Source: an uncultured Acidobacteriota bacterium
GTDB lineage: Bacteria; Acidobacteriota; Thermoanaerobaculia; Multivoradales; JAHEKO01
DNA: 64,000 bases
NCBI GenBank assembly: GCA_963713825.1
Contig: CAVQNG010000004.1
Coordinates: forward strand, 256,001-320,000
Direction of reading: 5' to 3'
Shown: positions 46,406-59,400 of the stretch, piece after piece
How the letters are laid out: every line of letters starts with the position of its first letter
Numbering within the stretch: position 1 is the stretch's first letter
Notes under the pieces: model-generated
Databases searched by the model: none
What the model was told of the DNA's origin: nothing
What the model saw: the letters and a program-made list of their open reading frames with translations, nothing else
Program-made: the position numbers and the translations under genes

Positions 46406-46483
46406 GGGTTCGTCGTGGGGACCCCCAGGGGGTTCTTGCAGCGGCAGGGAGGATAGCCCCCTGGGGGGTCCCGCGACGGACCC
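46406..46483. repeat. Long inverted repeat (27-bp arms) between dinB and msrB
   Basis: GGGTTCGTCGTGGGGACCCCCAGGGGG … CCCCCTGGGGGGTCCCGCGACGGACCC. Confidence 0.85.
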
Positions 46484-46497
46484 TCACCCGTCTGAGG

Positions 46498-47571
46498 TCA
46501 GAACAGCTCCAGCTGTGACACCTCTCCGTTTACGAGGTTTCCGGCACCGAGGCCCAGGAGCCGAACGCTGCGCTGGCCGGCCTCGGTCTTTCGCAAGAGC
46601 CGGTAGGCCCAGGTCGCCATCACCTGTACGTCTGACGTCGGGCTTGGCAAGGTGTGCGATCGCGTCAAAGTCGTGAAGTCGCCGTACCGAACCTTGATCG
46701 TCACGGTCTGGGCAGACAGCTCGCGTTTCTTCAGTCCGCGGCTCACCCGCTCGGCCATGCGTTCGAGCTCCTGGTCCATTGCCTCGAGACGCTGCAGGTC
46801 CTTGGCGTAGGTTCTCTCGCAGCTGAGGCTCTTGCGTTCCCGGTGGGTTCGGACCGGACGCTCGTCGATGCCTCTCGCGCAGTTGTAGAGCCAACCACCG
46901 TGCTTGCCGAAGAGAGCCTTCAGCCGATCCCTGGAAACCGCCCGCAGCTCGGCAATCGTCTCGATCCCCTTGTCTCTGAGCCGCTTCTCGGAAGCCGGTC
47001 CCACGCCTGGCAGGGTCCTCACTGACAGAACATCCAAAAACGCCTGAACACGAGGCGGCTTGACCACCGTCAGGCCATCGGGCTTGTCGAAATCGGAGGC
47101 GATCTTGGCCACCAGACGGTTCGGGCCAACGCCGACGCTGACAGTCAATCCCCGCTCTTGTCTGATTCGGCGTTTGATCTCTTGTGCCACCGCGGTGGCG
47201 CTACCCCAGGGCTCCAGCTGTTCGGTTACGTCGAGGTAGGCCTCGTCGATGGAGACCTTCTGAACAATCGGTGTGAAGTCGCGAAAGATCTCGACGATGT
47301 AGTCGGACTCCTCCCGGTACCGATTGAAGTCCGGCCGAATGAAGACGGCCTGCGGGCAGAGTCGGACGGCGCGAGCAGCTGGGAGAGCGGAGCGGATCCC
47401 GAATCGGCGCGCTTCGTAGCTCGCAGCGGCCACCACTCCTCTACCCTCGGGGTTGCCTCCGATGACGACCGGCTTGCCAGCGAGAGAGGGGTCGTCCCGC
47501 ATGTGCACCGCCGCATAGAAGCAGTCCATGTCGCAGTGCAGGATCCGGCGAATCACATTGACTTCTGACAT
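46498..47571 (-). CDS. dinB: DNA polymerase IV
   Basis: HCDMDCFYA, ASYEARRFG, SIDEAYLD and AKIASDFDKPDG. Confidence 0.96.
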   Translation of the reverse strand: MSEVNVIRRILHCDMDCFYAAVHMRDDPSLAGKPVVIGGNPEGRGVVAAASYEARRFGIRSALPAARAVRLCPQAVFIRPDFNRYREESDYIVEIFRDFTPIVQKVSIDEAYLDVTEQLEPWGSATAVAQEIKRRIRQERGLTVSVGVGPNRLVAKIASDFDKPDGLTVVKPPRVQAFLDVLSVRTLPGVGPASEKRLRDKGIETIAELRAVSRDRLKALFGKHGGWLYNCARGIDERPVRTHRERKSLSCERTYAKDLQRLEAMDQELERMAERVSRGLKKRELSAQTVTIKVRYGDFTTLTRSHTLPSPTSDVQVMATWAYRLLRKTEAGQRSVRLLGLGAGNLVNGEVSQLELF

Positions 47572-47585
47572 CTTCGAGACCGTGC

Positions 47586-48983
47586 TCAGTCGGCTTCGCC
47601 TCCGGTCTGCGCCCGGGCATCGAGGATGCGCTGCAACTCGTCCGACGGCAGCACCTGCTTCTCGATACAGAGATCTCGCACAGTTCGGCCGGTGGCGAAG
47701 GCCTCCTTGGCGATCTCTGCCGCCTGGTCGTAGCCGATCGCCGGTGCCAGGGCCGTGACCATGGCCAGAGACTCCTCCACCAGGGCCTCACACCGTTGGG
47801 CGTTGGCCTGCAGCCCGCTGATGCACCGGTCGGCCAGCAGTCGAGAGCTATTGGCGAGGATCTCCACCGATTGCAGGAGGTTGTAGGCGATGACGGGCAT
47901 CATCACGTTGAGCTCGAAGTTACCCGACATCCCTCCGGCGCTGATCGTCACGTCATTTCCCAGGACCTGAGCCGCAACCATCAGGACGGACTCTGGAATC
48001 ACCGGGTTCACCTTGCCAGGCATGATCGAGCTGCCGGGTTGGAGGCTGGGCAGAGTGATCTCACCGATGCCGCATCTGGGGCCAGAGCCGAGCCACCGAA
48101 TGTCATTGGCAATCTTGGTCAGCGAGACGGCAATTGTCTTCAGCGCTCCGGAGCACTCCACGGCAGCATCTTTGGCCGCCATGGCCTCGAACTTGTTCGG
48201 CGCCGGCACAAAGGGATGCCCGGTGCGAGCGGCGAGGCGGTCGATCACCCTAGCCGCAAACTCGGGATGGGCGTTCAGGCCGGTACCCACAGCCGTTCCG
48301 CCGAGTGCCAGCTCCGCCAGACGGGGTTGGACAGCCGCGAGGCGAGCAATACCGTTGTCAATCTGCTTCGCGTAGCCCGAGAACTCCTGGCCCAAACGAA
48401 TCGGCACTGCATCCTGGAGGTGGGTTCTACCGATCTTGACGATAGTGTCGAACTCGTGCGCCTTGCGGTCCAGAGCCTCTTCCAGGTGCCTCAGGGCCGG
48501 GATCAGAGCCTCGGTCACTGCACCATAGGCCGCGACATGGATGGCGGTCGGGATCACATCGTTCGAGGATTGGCCGGCATTGACGTCGTCGTTGGGGTGC
48601 ACCGGCGATTTGCTGCCCATCACTCCACCGAGAATCTCGATGGCCCGGTTCGCGATGACCTCGTTCGCGTTCATGTTCGTCGAGGTCCCCGAGCCCGTCT
48701 GGAAGATGTCCAAGGGGAAGTGCTCGTCGAGACGACCCTCGGCCACCTCGTCGGCGGCCTGGCCGATCGGGGCAGCCAGGACGGTGTCGATCGCCCCCAA
48801 CTCGGCGTTGACGGCCGCTGCTGCGCTCTTGATCATCCCCAGCGCACCGATGAAGCGCCGCGGGAATCGGAGACCGCTGACAGGAAAGTTCTCCAACGCC
48901 CTCTGGGTCTGGGCTCCGTAGTAGGCCGTGGCGGGCACCTGAACCTCGCCCAGGCTGTCTCGTTCCGTCCGAGTATCAATCAT
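47586..48983 (-). CDS. fumC: Class II fumarate hydratase
   Basis: [24 protein letters not shown] and [11 protein letters not shown]. Confidence 0.94.
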   Translation of the reverse strand: MIDTRTERDSLGEVQVPATAYYGAQTQRALENFPVSGLRFPRRFIGALGMIKSAAAAVNAELGAIDTVLAAPIGQAADEVAEGRLDEHFPLDIFQTGSGTSTNMNANEVIANRAIEILGGVMGSKSPVHPNDDVNAGQSSNDVIPTAIHVAAYGAVTEALIPALRHLEEALDRKAHEFDTIVKIGRTHLQDAVPIRLGQEFSGYAKQIDNGIARLAAVQPRLAELALGGTAVGTGLNAHPEFAARVIDRLAARTGHPFVPAPNKFEAMAAKDAAVECSGALKTIAVSLTKIANDIRWLGSGPRCGIGEITLPSLQPGSSIMPGKVNPVIPESVLMVAAQVLGNDVTISAGGMSGNFELNVMMPVIAYNLLQSVEILANSSRLLADRCISGLQANAQRCEALVEESLAMVTALAPAIGYDQAAEIAKEAFATGRTVRDLCIEKQVLPSDELQRILDARAQTGGEAD

Positions 48984-49042
48984 TGCGGCGCTCCTTGAAT
49001 TCCGATTCGAGGAGCCATTCTCTCAGAATCCGGAGCGCCTTT

Positions 49043-49250
49043 GGGTTGAGGCGCCCGGTCCTACCTCCCGGGCGTTCTTTGAGGGCCTGGGGGTCGAGCC
49101 GGCCGATCGAACCAGGGATCTCCCCCGTCTGCGGCCTCACCCGACCATGCCCCTCCGACGAGGGAGACCCATGGCCCGATCTACCACCTTCGAGACACAG
49201 CAATCATCGGATTGCTGACTCACCCCCTACGCCCTTAAGCTCCTAGGCCC
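49043..49250. repeat. ~46-bp hairpin unit (49043-49093) and CCCCTAC tract (49224-49250)
   Basis: GGGTTGAGGCGCCCGGTCCTACCTCCCGGGCGTTCTTTGAGGGCCTGGGGG and CCCCTACGCCCTTAAGCTCCTAGGCCC; both match modules at 43.7, 56.5 and 61.2 kb. Confidence 0.7.
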
Positions 49251-49270
49251 TACTACCCTCACCGGTGCCG

Positions 49271-49478
49271 GAGGTTCGTTCGGGTGGTTCGACAGCGGGT
49301 GCCGAGTCGAGCGCAGCGCAAGGTCTATCGCAGGGCACAACAGATGATGAGCGATGGCCAGACAAGGTGGCGGCCCCCCTGAATGCAGGGGAGGAGCTTG
49401 CCCCCTCCCGCGGGAGCCCGCAAGGGGCTCCCCTACAATGCCGACGCCGTCCCCCTGCGGACCACTCGGACGGACCTC
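49271..49478 (+). repeat. Structured non-coding element copy A (MITE-like or ncRNA), with a nested REP doublet at 49385-49436
   Basis: Terminal inverted repeats GAGGTTCGTTCGGGTGGTTCG / CGGACCACTCGGACGGACCTC; colinear with 61308-61471. Confidence 0.85.
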
Positions 49479-49542
49479 TACAAGGCAAGCAGATTCGACA
49501 GAACCACCAACGGCCGGCAGGGGCACCGGCCGCTTCATGGCC

Positions 49543-52749
<3,207 letters not shown>

Positions 52750-52792
52750 GGCGGCTGGAAGTCTAGCAGTGACGTGCAGTTGGCCACTACCC

Positions 52793-52817
52793 GCAGGGGT
52801 GGTGCTTGTTCCTGCCC
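52793..52817. repeat. Degenerate single REP-like unit
   Basis: GCAGGGGTGGTGCTTGTTCCTGCCC resembles the left half of the REP doublets. Confidence 0.5.
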
Positions 52818-53086
52818 GCACCACCCGTACATAGGGCCTCCTAGCCACCTCATCGGTGATCCACAACTACCCAGATGGCAGTGGCGCCCAAGCGCGTCTG
52901 GAGCCATGCTTAGTCCAACGAATGCCGGGTTTGGGCCGGCCTTGAACAAATAGGGAGTCCGAGGAGAAGTCAACAGTGAGTTCTCCAATTGTTCAGCATC
53001 TCCCGGGGTTCATTCGTCGGAAGGTTTCGCAGCACAACGGGTCAACCTTCGAAGCACGGCCGAAGACAACGGACAGGATCAGAGCC

Positions 53087-53308
53087 TTGGCAGCCGAATT
53101 CAGAAACGAAGCCAATTGGGATCGGATTCTGCGCGTCCTACTCGGTGTGGGCATGCTTCTGCTGGGCTGGTTCGCCATGGGAGAGGGGATCTTCGGAGCC
53201 GCCTTTCGCATCTTCGGCTTCGTGCCTCTGGTAACCGGCCTGCTGGGCTGGTGCCCGTTCTACACGCTGCTGGGTTTCGGGACCAAGAAGCAGACTCGCA
53301 ACGTCTGA
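53087..53308 (+). CDS. DUF2892 (YgaP-like) membrane protein
   Basis: NEANWDRILRVLLG…PLVTGLLGWCPFYTLLGFGT. Start uncertain (TTG 53087, or 52976 in the ORF track). Confidence 0.85.
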   Translation: MAAEFRNEANWDRILRVLLGVGMLLLGWFAMGEGIFGAAFRIFGFVPLVTGLLGWCPFYTLLGFGTKKQTRNV

Positions 53309-53439
53309 GTCGTCGTCTGCGGTTCCACCCCACCGCCCAAGCCTCAACCGATCGAATAGAATCACAGGCGCCCAAGGAGGCCGAGGGTGAATTTCCGCCT
53401 GCCTCCTCTCTGGGGGCTTGCTGACCGGGATCACTCTTC

Positions 53440-54816
53440 TTGCCGCCACCAACTTCAGACCAAAACGGCTCTGTGGCCCTGATCAGGCTCAAATGGGCCT
53501 TTCTGATCACGCTACTGGTCCTCTTCGTTTTCGTCGAGTTCGCGCGCTATAACCTGAGGTCGTACCTGGACACCTGGTCGGGGCGACTGATGATGGACCT
53601 CGTCATCCTGGTGGGTGGGGTCTTCTTCTTCGGCGTCGTCTTCAATCTAGTCTCACGACTGCAGATGCGCCTCGAGCGTCAGAACCGTGAGCTGCTGGCT
53701 CTGCACTGGGCGGCATTGGACATCTACGGAGAAGTTTCTCTCGGCACGGTGCTGCAGAAAGTTGTCGACCAGGCGCGTCAATTGCTGGAAGCCCGCTACG
53801 GAGCCATTGCCGTCTATGACGACAAAGGCCTGCTGAAAGAGTTCATGACTTCAGGAATGTCGGAGGAAAACAAGGAGGCCATCGGTACCCTTCCCGAGGG
53901 TCGCGGGCTCCTGGGAGTCGTCTTGCGACAAGGCCAACGGATTCGTCTTCCCGACGTCGAACGGGATCCGCGCTCTGTCGGCTTCCCGCCGAACCACCCT
54001 GAGATGCACTCGCTGCTGGCGATCCCGATCGTCTGCAAAGGGCCATTTCGTGGCAACCTCTACGTCTCCGAGAAGATCACGGCCCTCGAGTTCGCACCCG
54101 AGGACGAAGAGACCCTGGTGCGCTTCGCCACCGCCGCCGCCATTGCGATCGACAATGCACACCTCAATCAGCGGCTGCGAACCCTGGCAGTGGCCGAAGA
54201 GCGCGTTCGGATCGCCAGGGAGATCCACGACGGCATGGCTCAGATCCTGGCCTACGTCAACACCAAAGCTCAGGCAGTCAAGGCATACCTGGACAAGGAC
54301 AAGCCGGAACAAGCCTCGGCCCAACTCGAACAGCTGGCGTCGGCTGCCAGGGAGGTCTACACCGATGCTCGAGAAGGCATCATGGCCCTGCGCACGAGGG
54401 TGGGCCCCGATCAACCCCTGAGCGAAGCTCTCCAGCACTACATAGAACGGTGGGAGCTGCAGAGTGGCATCGCCGGCTCGCTGGAGATCGAGGGTGAGAT
54501 CCAAGTCTCGACGACCGTAGAGCTGCAGCTTCTGAGAATTCTCCAAGAGGCTCTCTCCAACACACGCAAGCACTCCGGGGCGACCCAGGTCGAGGTGAGA
54601 ATCCACCAGGAGCAGGACCGACTGATCGCGTCAGTGGAAGACGATGGCACGGGGTTCGACCCTTCGAATCGTCCACGGGAGGCCTTCCCCCGCTTCGGCC
54701 TGGCGATCATGCGCGAGCGCGCCGAGAGCATCGGTGGCTCCCTCGACCTGGAGACCTCGCCCGGTAGTGGGACTCGCGTTAAGATAGAGGTACCGTTCGC
54801 ATCCACCAGTTTCTAG
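53440..54816 (+). CDS. GAF-domain sensor histidine kinase (HisKA_3, NarX/DevS-like)
   Basis: Two TM helices, GAF (ARYGAI, GRGLLG, GFPPNHPEM), H-box ERVRIAREIHDG, QEALSN and DDGTGF. Confidence 0.93.
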   Translation: MPPPTSDQNGSVALIRLKWAFLITLLVLFVFVEFARYNLRSYLDTWSGRLMMDLVILVGGVFFFGVVFNLVSRLQMRLERQNRELLALHWAALDIYGEVSLGTVLQKVVDQARQLLEARYGAIAVYDDKGLLKEFMTSGMSEENKEAIGTLPEGRGLLGVVLRQGQRIRLPDVERDPRSVGFPPNHPEMHSLLAIPIVCKGPFRGNLYVSEKITALEFAPEDEETLVRFATAAAIAIDNAHLNQRLRTLAVAEERVRIAREIHDGMAQILAYVNTKAQAVKAYLDKDKPEQASAQLEQLASAAREVYTDAREGIMALRTRVGPDQPLSEALQHYIERWELQSGIAGSLEIEGEIQVSTTVELQLLRILQEALSNTRKHSGATQVEVRIHQEQDRLIASVEDDGTGFDPSNRPREAFPRFGLAIMRERAESIGGSLDLETSPGSGTRVKIEVPFASTSF

Positions 54817-54828
54817 AGGTAAACGCTC

Positions 54829-55488
54829 ATGAGAATACTCATCGCCGACGACCACGCCCTGTTTCGAGACAGCCTTCGCAGCCTCCTCGAATCCCAGGAC
54901 ATCGAGGTGGTCGCAGAAGCCAAGAACGGCCAGGAGGCCGTCGATCTGTCGTGGGAGTGCAAGCCCGACGTCGTGCTCATGGACTTGACGATGCCCGAGA
55001 TGGATGGACTCGAGGCGACCAAGCGGATCGCCTCGGAGCTTCCCGACGTCAAAGTCGTCATCCTGACGGCGTCGGACGAGGACAGCAACCTCTTCGAGGC
55101 CATCAAGTCCGGTGCCAAAGGTTATCTTCTGAAGGACCTCGAGTCCGAGCAATTCTTCAGCCTGCTGGAGGGTGTCGAGCGCGGCGAGCCGGCATTGACT
55201 CCGAGCGTGGCCCGCAAGTTACTGGACGAGTTCGCGCGCCCCAAGAAGCCGACCAAAGAAGAGTACGATCCGGATGCTCTCACCGACCGCGAACGGGAGG
55301 TCCTGGAGTTGATGGTCCAGGGCACGACCTCGAATCGGCGACTGGCCAAGCACCTCGGAGTGAGCGAGAACACCGTGAAGTTCCACGTGCGAAACATCCT
55401 CGACAAGCTCCACCTGCACAACCGAGCGCAGGTGGTCGCCTATGCGCTGCGCACACGCTTGGTGGATTCTCCGCCCGACGCGGAGTGA
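54829..55488 (+). CDS. NarL/LuxR-family response regulator
   Basis: ADDH, LMDLTMP, GYLLK and HTH LTDREREVL…TVKFHVRNI. Confidence 0.96.
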   Translation: MRILIADDHALFRDSLRSLLESQDIEVVAEAKNGQEAVDLSWECKPDVVLMDLTMPEMDGLEATKRIASELPDVKVVILTASDEDSNLFEAIKSGAKGYLLKDLESEQFFSLLEGVERGEPALTPSVARKLLDEFARPKKPTKEEYDPDALTDREREVLELMVQGTTSNRRLAKHLGVSENTVKFHVRNILDKLHLHNRAQVVAYALRTRLVDSPPDAE

Positions 55489-55522
55489 ACCTCATCCCAG
55501 GGCCTGAAAGGAGGGCCGCCCC

Positions 55523-56446
55523 ATGATGCGGATCCGTCGCATCCTCTACCCCACCGACTTCTCAGCCACCGCCACACAGGCATTGAAGCACGCCCTGTTT
55601 CTGGCGGAGCAGTTCGAGGCGGAGCTGCACATGCTCCACGCCATCATTCTTCACGAGAGCGACCCGAGGGATCCGGATCGACACTTCCCGGAGCCGTCCG
55701 AGATTCTCAACCAGCTCTTCGAGATCGCCGATTCCGAGATGGCAGAGATCGTTCGCAAGAACGAGGCCAAGACGTTCAGCCTCGTCGAGGCGAAGGTCAG
55801 GGGCTATTCGGCGGGCGAGGTGATTCTGCGGTATACGGATGAGCACGACATCGACCTGGTCGTCATGGGTACCCATGGCCGGCGGGGTCCGGCGCGACTG
55901 TTTCTCGGCAGCGTGGCCGAGGAGGTCGTGCGTCACGCCCCCTGCCCCGTGCTCACCTTGCGCGAGGAGAAGGCTCCACAAGCGATCGAGGCCGTGGAAA
56001 AGATCCTCGTCCCCGTGGACTTCTCTCCCTACTCCCAAGAGGCCCTGTCGTACGGTAAGGAAGTGGCCGCCCTCTACGGCGCGGGACTACAGGTTCTGCA
56101 CACGATCGAAGAGCCGGCTTACCCGTACTTCTACACACCTGGGGGCACCTACTCCCCCGTCGAGCAACTCGAAGCCCTGCGCGAGAAAGCCGAAGAGGCC
56201 CTGGACAAGATGCTGTCGGAGACTCCGGGACCCGAGGTACCCGCCGAGCGATTCGTCGCCACGGGACGACCGGCAAGCGAAATCGCCCGGTTCGCCGAGG
56301 AGCGCGGCTCCGACATGGTGGTGATCGCTACCCACGGCCTGACCGGACTGGAGCGCCTGCTGGTGGGCAGCACCGCGGAGCAGGTCGTGCGGCTCGCACA
56401 CTGCCCGGTGTTTACGGTCAAGAGCTTTGGAAAGAGTCTGATATAG
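55523..56446 (+). CDS. Tandem-domain universal stress protein
   Basis: Two USP domains: PTDFS…GTHGRRG…GSVAE and PVDFS…ATHGLTG…GSTAE. Confidence 0.95.
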   Translation: MMRIRRILYPTDFSATATQALKHALFLAEQFEAELHMLHAIILHESDPRDPDRHFPEPSEILNQLFEIADSEMAEIVRKNEAKTFSLVEAKVRGYSAGEVILRYTDEHDIDLVVMGTHGRRGPARLFLGSVAEEVVRHAPCPVLTLREEKAPQAIEAVEKILVPVDFSPYSQEALSYGKEVAALYGAGLQVLHTIEEPAYPYFYTPGGTYSPVEQLEALREKAEEALDKMLSETPGPEVPAERFVATGRPASEIARFAEERGSDMVVIATHGLTGLERLLVGSTAEQVVRLAHCPVFTVKSFGKSLI

Positions 56447-56615
56447 AGGGTGTAGGGGCTCAGGGGCGTAAGGTAGTAGCGTCCTGGGTAACAGAAGGGC
56501 TTCCTTATTCAGGCGGAATCTGACTGACTGCCCAAAGACAGGCCGGAGGTACAACGGGCTCCTCAACCCCCAAGCCCTCAAAGATCGGTCGAAGGTATGC
56601 CGGCCGCCTCAACCC
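56446..56615. repeat. Mosaic repeat: TAGGGGC tract plus two tandem ~46-bp hairpin units (minus orientation, 56531-56615)
   Basis: Reverse complement GGGTTGAGGCGGCCGGCATACCTTCGACCGATCTTTGAGGGCTTGGG-GGTTGAGGAGCCCGTTGTACCTCCGGCCTGTCTTTGGG. Confidence 0.8.
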
Positions 56616-56636
56616 GCTCTGTTTGGCCCACCAGGG

Positions 56637-57041
56637 TTAAACAGTGCTCGCGACCGCTTGAACGGCTCGCTGTAGGGCCTCCCCGACGTCTTCCGCGACC
56701 TCGGCGAGGCCTTCGGCCTGCAAGACCCCCAGGGCGACACCTGGGTTCATGGCTCGCACCACCGTGCGTCCATCTTCGACCGACACCGTCACGTTGCATG
56801 GCAACAGCACTCCGACCTCGGGTGCGGTGGCCAAGGCCTTGTAGGCCGACGGCGCATGGCAGGCCCCCAGGATGACGTAGGGAGTGCGGTCGACGTCCAG
56901 CTTCTTCTTCAGAGTGGCCTGAATGTCGATCTCGGTCAGAACTCCGAAGCCCTCGGAGGCCAAGGCCTCCTTGCATCGCGCCACCGCTTCTTCGTAGCTC
57001 AGATCCGTGATGATGGAAAAGGCGACCTGATCCGTGTCCAT
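56637..57041 (-). CDS. DUF302-domain protein
   Basis: EGFGVLTEIDIQATLKKKL, YVILGAC and GVLLPCNV. Confidence 0.92.
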   Translation of the reverse strand: MDTDQVAFSIITDLSYEEAVARCKEALASEGFGVLTEIDIQATLKKKLDVDRTPYVILGACHAPSAYKALATAPEVGVLLPCNVTVSVEDGRTVVRAMNPGVALGVLQAEGLAEVAEDVGEALQRAVQAVASTV

Positions 57042-57073
57042 TCGAATTCCCCCAATTTCCAGTCGGTCTCTTT

Positions 57074-57580
57074 CTAGTCGGTCTCGGCCAGCAATGCGAG
57101 CATGTCCGATGTGCTGACAATCCCGACGACTTTCCCGTCGCGCACCACCAGTAGACGGTGCAGATGCGAATCCATCATGCTCTGAGCCACGGTCATGATG
57201 GGTGCCTCGGCTTCAACAGCGAAGACAGAAGGCGTCATGATCTCGCGGACCGTCAACTCATCGTCCTCCAGATGGAGCGTCTCCAGCTCATCGGCGCTGA
57301 GCTTGCCCTCCCAGCCGCGCGTATAGAAATGCGCTTCCCGGTCGTGACCATTCATCAAACGATCGCCACCGGATGAAGCCGCGCGAACGATATCGGTTAC
57401 GGAAACGACACCGATCAGGGCACCGTGCTCGTCCTCAACGGGTGCCCCCGAGATCTCCTGGTCGGTCAGAAAGCTGGCCAACTCCCTGACCGTCATCTCG
57501 TTGGTCACCGTGATGACTTCCGGATTCATGATGTCCTGAGCAGTGAGTGATTTCGGCATTCCGTCGCTCCTCTGATTCAC
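57074..57580 (-). CDS. CBS-domain pair protein
   Basis: AQDIM, ISGAPV, GVVSVTD, VREIMT, HRLLV and GIVSTSD. Confidence 0.92.
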   Translation of the reverse strand: MNQRSDGMPKSLTAQDIMNPEVITVTNEMTVRELASFLTDQEISGAPVEDEHGALIGVVSVTDIVRAASSGGDRLMNGHDREAHFYTRGWEGKLSADELETLHLEDDELTVREIMTPSVFAVEAEAPIMTVAQSMMDSHLHRLLVVRDGKVVGIVSTSDMLALLAETD

Positions 57581-57735
57581 CCTCTACCTTACTCCCAAAA
57601 CAGCTCCATTTCGAGGCCAATCGAGCACTAACGCGACGCGTCAGGAGTCGGATAGACTAAGTTGTCCTTGATTTGATTTCTCCGGCCGTTGCCCCTTGAA
57701 CGGGTGGCCTTCCGGAGCCTACGCGAGAGGGATCC

Positions 57736-58206
57736 ATGACCGATACAACTCCTTCCGGTACTTCGCGCCGACGGTTCCTGAACTGGTTCCTCGGCACGGC
57801 AGCGGGCGCCCTGGCCGTCGCTGTCCTCTATCCGGTTCTCCGCTTCGTCAGCCCGCCCGAGGTTCCCGAGGCGAGCACAAATCAGGTGGAGGCCGGCCCG
57901 ACCAACGACCCAGAGCTCCTCGAGAAGGGATTCAAGATCGTGCGGTTCGGCGCCGACCCGGTCATCCTGGTGCGGCTTTCGGACACGGAGTTCCGCGCCT
58001 TTGCGGGTACCTGTACCCACCTCGATTGCATCGTCGAGTTCCAGAAGGACAAGCAGCGCATCTGGTGCAACTGTCACAACGGCGACTACAACCTGCAGGG
58101 GCAAGTCGTCGCCGGCCCGCCACCCAAACCGTTGGAGCCCTTCAAGGTGGACCTGGTCGCCAAGGGCTCGGGTCAACCGAAAACCATCGTCGTCTCGCGA
58201 GCCTGA
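57736..58206 (+). CDS. Rieske [2Fe-2S] subunit of a Rieske/cytochrome b complex
   Basis: Tat motif SRRRFL, CTHLDC, CNCHNGDY and GPPPKPL. Confidence 0.92.
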   Translation: MTDTTPSGTSRRRFLNWFLGTAAGALAVAVLYPVLRFVSPPEVPEASTNQVEAGPTNDPELLEKGFKIVRFGADPVILVRLSDTEFRAFAGTCTHLDCIVEFQKDKQRIWCNCHNGDYNLQGQVVAGPPPKPLEPFKVDLVAKGSGQPKTIVVSRA

Positions 58207-58209
58207 GCC

Positions 58210-59400
58210 ATGAAAGACATCGCCCGCACCGTCCGATCCTGGTTCGACGACCGCTTGCCGGTGACCGAGGTCCAGGACTTCGCCACCCACAAGACCGTTC
58301 CGACCCACCGCTACTCGGTGTTCTACTACCTGGGTGGCATGACGATGTTCTTCTTCGTCATCCAGATCGTGACCGGCATCATGCTGATGCTCTACTACCG
58401 ACCGTCGGCCGACGGTGCATTCGAGTCGGTCGAGTTCATCATGACCGTGGTGCCATTCGGCTGGCTGATCCGCTCGATCCACTCGTGGTCGGCCAATCTG
58501 ATGGTCTTCTTCGCCTTCGTCCATCTGGCCACCGTCTACTTCACCAAGTCGTACCGCAACCCTCGCGAAATGACCTGGGTCACCGGCTGCCTGCTGCTCT
58601 TCCTGGCCATGGCCTTCGGTTTCTCGGGGTACCTGCTGCCCTGGAATCAGCTGGCTTTCTTTGCCACCAAAGTCGGCACCGACATCGCCGGCGCTGTGCC
58701 GTTCATCGGCGAGTGGACGCTGCGCTTTCTGCGCGGTGGTGATCGGGTCACAGGAGGAACCCTCTCCCGATTCTTCGGCTGGCACGTGGCGATTCTGCCG
58801 GCCATTACCACCGTGCTGCTCGGGATTCACCTGCTTCTGGTCCAGGTACAGGGAATGAGCGTGCCCCCCAAGCAACAGGACGAAGCGGCCGGCAAACGCC
58901 CCATGAAGTTCTTCCCCGATTTCGCCATGCGCGATCTCTGGGGTTGGATCCTGGCACTTGGGGTTCTGGCCGCGATCGCCGCACTGTTTCCCTGGGAGCT
59001 GGGAGACAAGGCCGACCCCTTCGCACCCGCCTACAAGGACATCCGGCCCGAGTGGTACTTCATGTTCATGTTCGAGACCCTCAAGTTGGTTCCCGGAGGG
59101 GAGATCGCGGGCATCGAGTACGAAGCGATTCCGATTCTCCTGTTCAGCCTCGGCGGCCTACTCATGATGCTCGTGCCGTTCCTGGACAGAAAGGTCAATC
59201 TGACGGGACGAAGCCCCGTCTTCACCTACATCGGAATCCTCGCCCTGATCTACATTGTGGGCATGACAGCTTGGGGCTACCGATCGCTGGCGCCCCTGTT
59301 CATTGTCATCGGCACCGTCGTGCTGATGCTCCTGCTAGGCCTGGCGACGAGACATGACGCGGGACCGGCCGAGGGGCGGACGGAAGGGAGGGAGTCATGA
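58210..59400 (+). CDS. Cytochrome b (unsplit) of a Rieske/cytochrome b complex
   Basis: [32 protein letters not shown]…GIH and RPEWY. Confidence 0.95.
   Translation: MKDIARTVRSWFDDRLPVTEVQDFATHKTVPTHRYSVFYYLGGMTMFFFVIQIVTGIMLMLYYRPSADGAFESVEFIMTVVPFGWLIRSIHSWSANLMVFFAFVHLATVYFTKSYRNPREMTWVTGCLLLFLAMAFGFSGYLLPWNQLAFFATKVGTDIAGAVPFIGEWTLRFLRGGDRVTGGTLSRFFGWHVAILPAITTVLLGIHLLLVQVQGMSVPPKQQDEAAGKRPMKFFPDFAMRDLWGWILALGVLAAIAALFPWELGDKADPFAPAYKDIRPEWYFMFMFETLKLVPGGEIAGIEYEAIPILLFSLGGLLMMLVPFLDRKVNLTGRSPVFTYIGILALIYIVGMTAWGYRSLAPLFIVIGTVVLMLLLGLATRHDAGPAEGRTEGRES

Noticed and set aside
56531-56615. CRISPR array formed by the ~46-bp repeats
   Set aside because: The units abut or are dispersed, are degenerate, have no unique spacers, and no cas genes are present.
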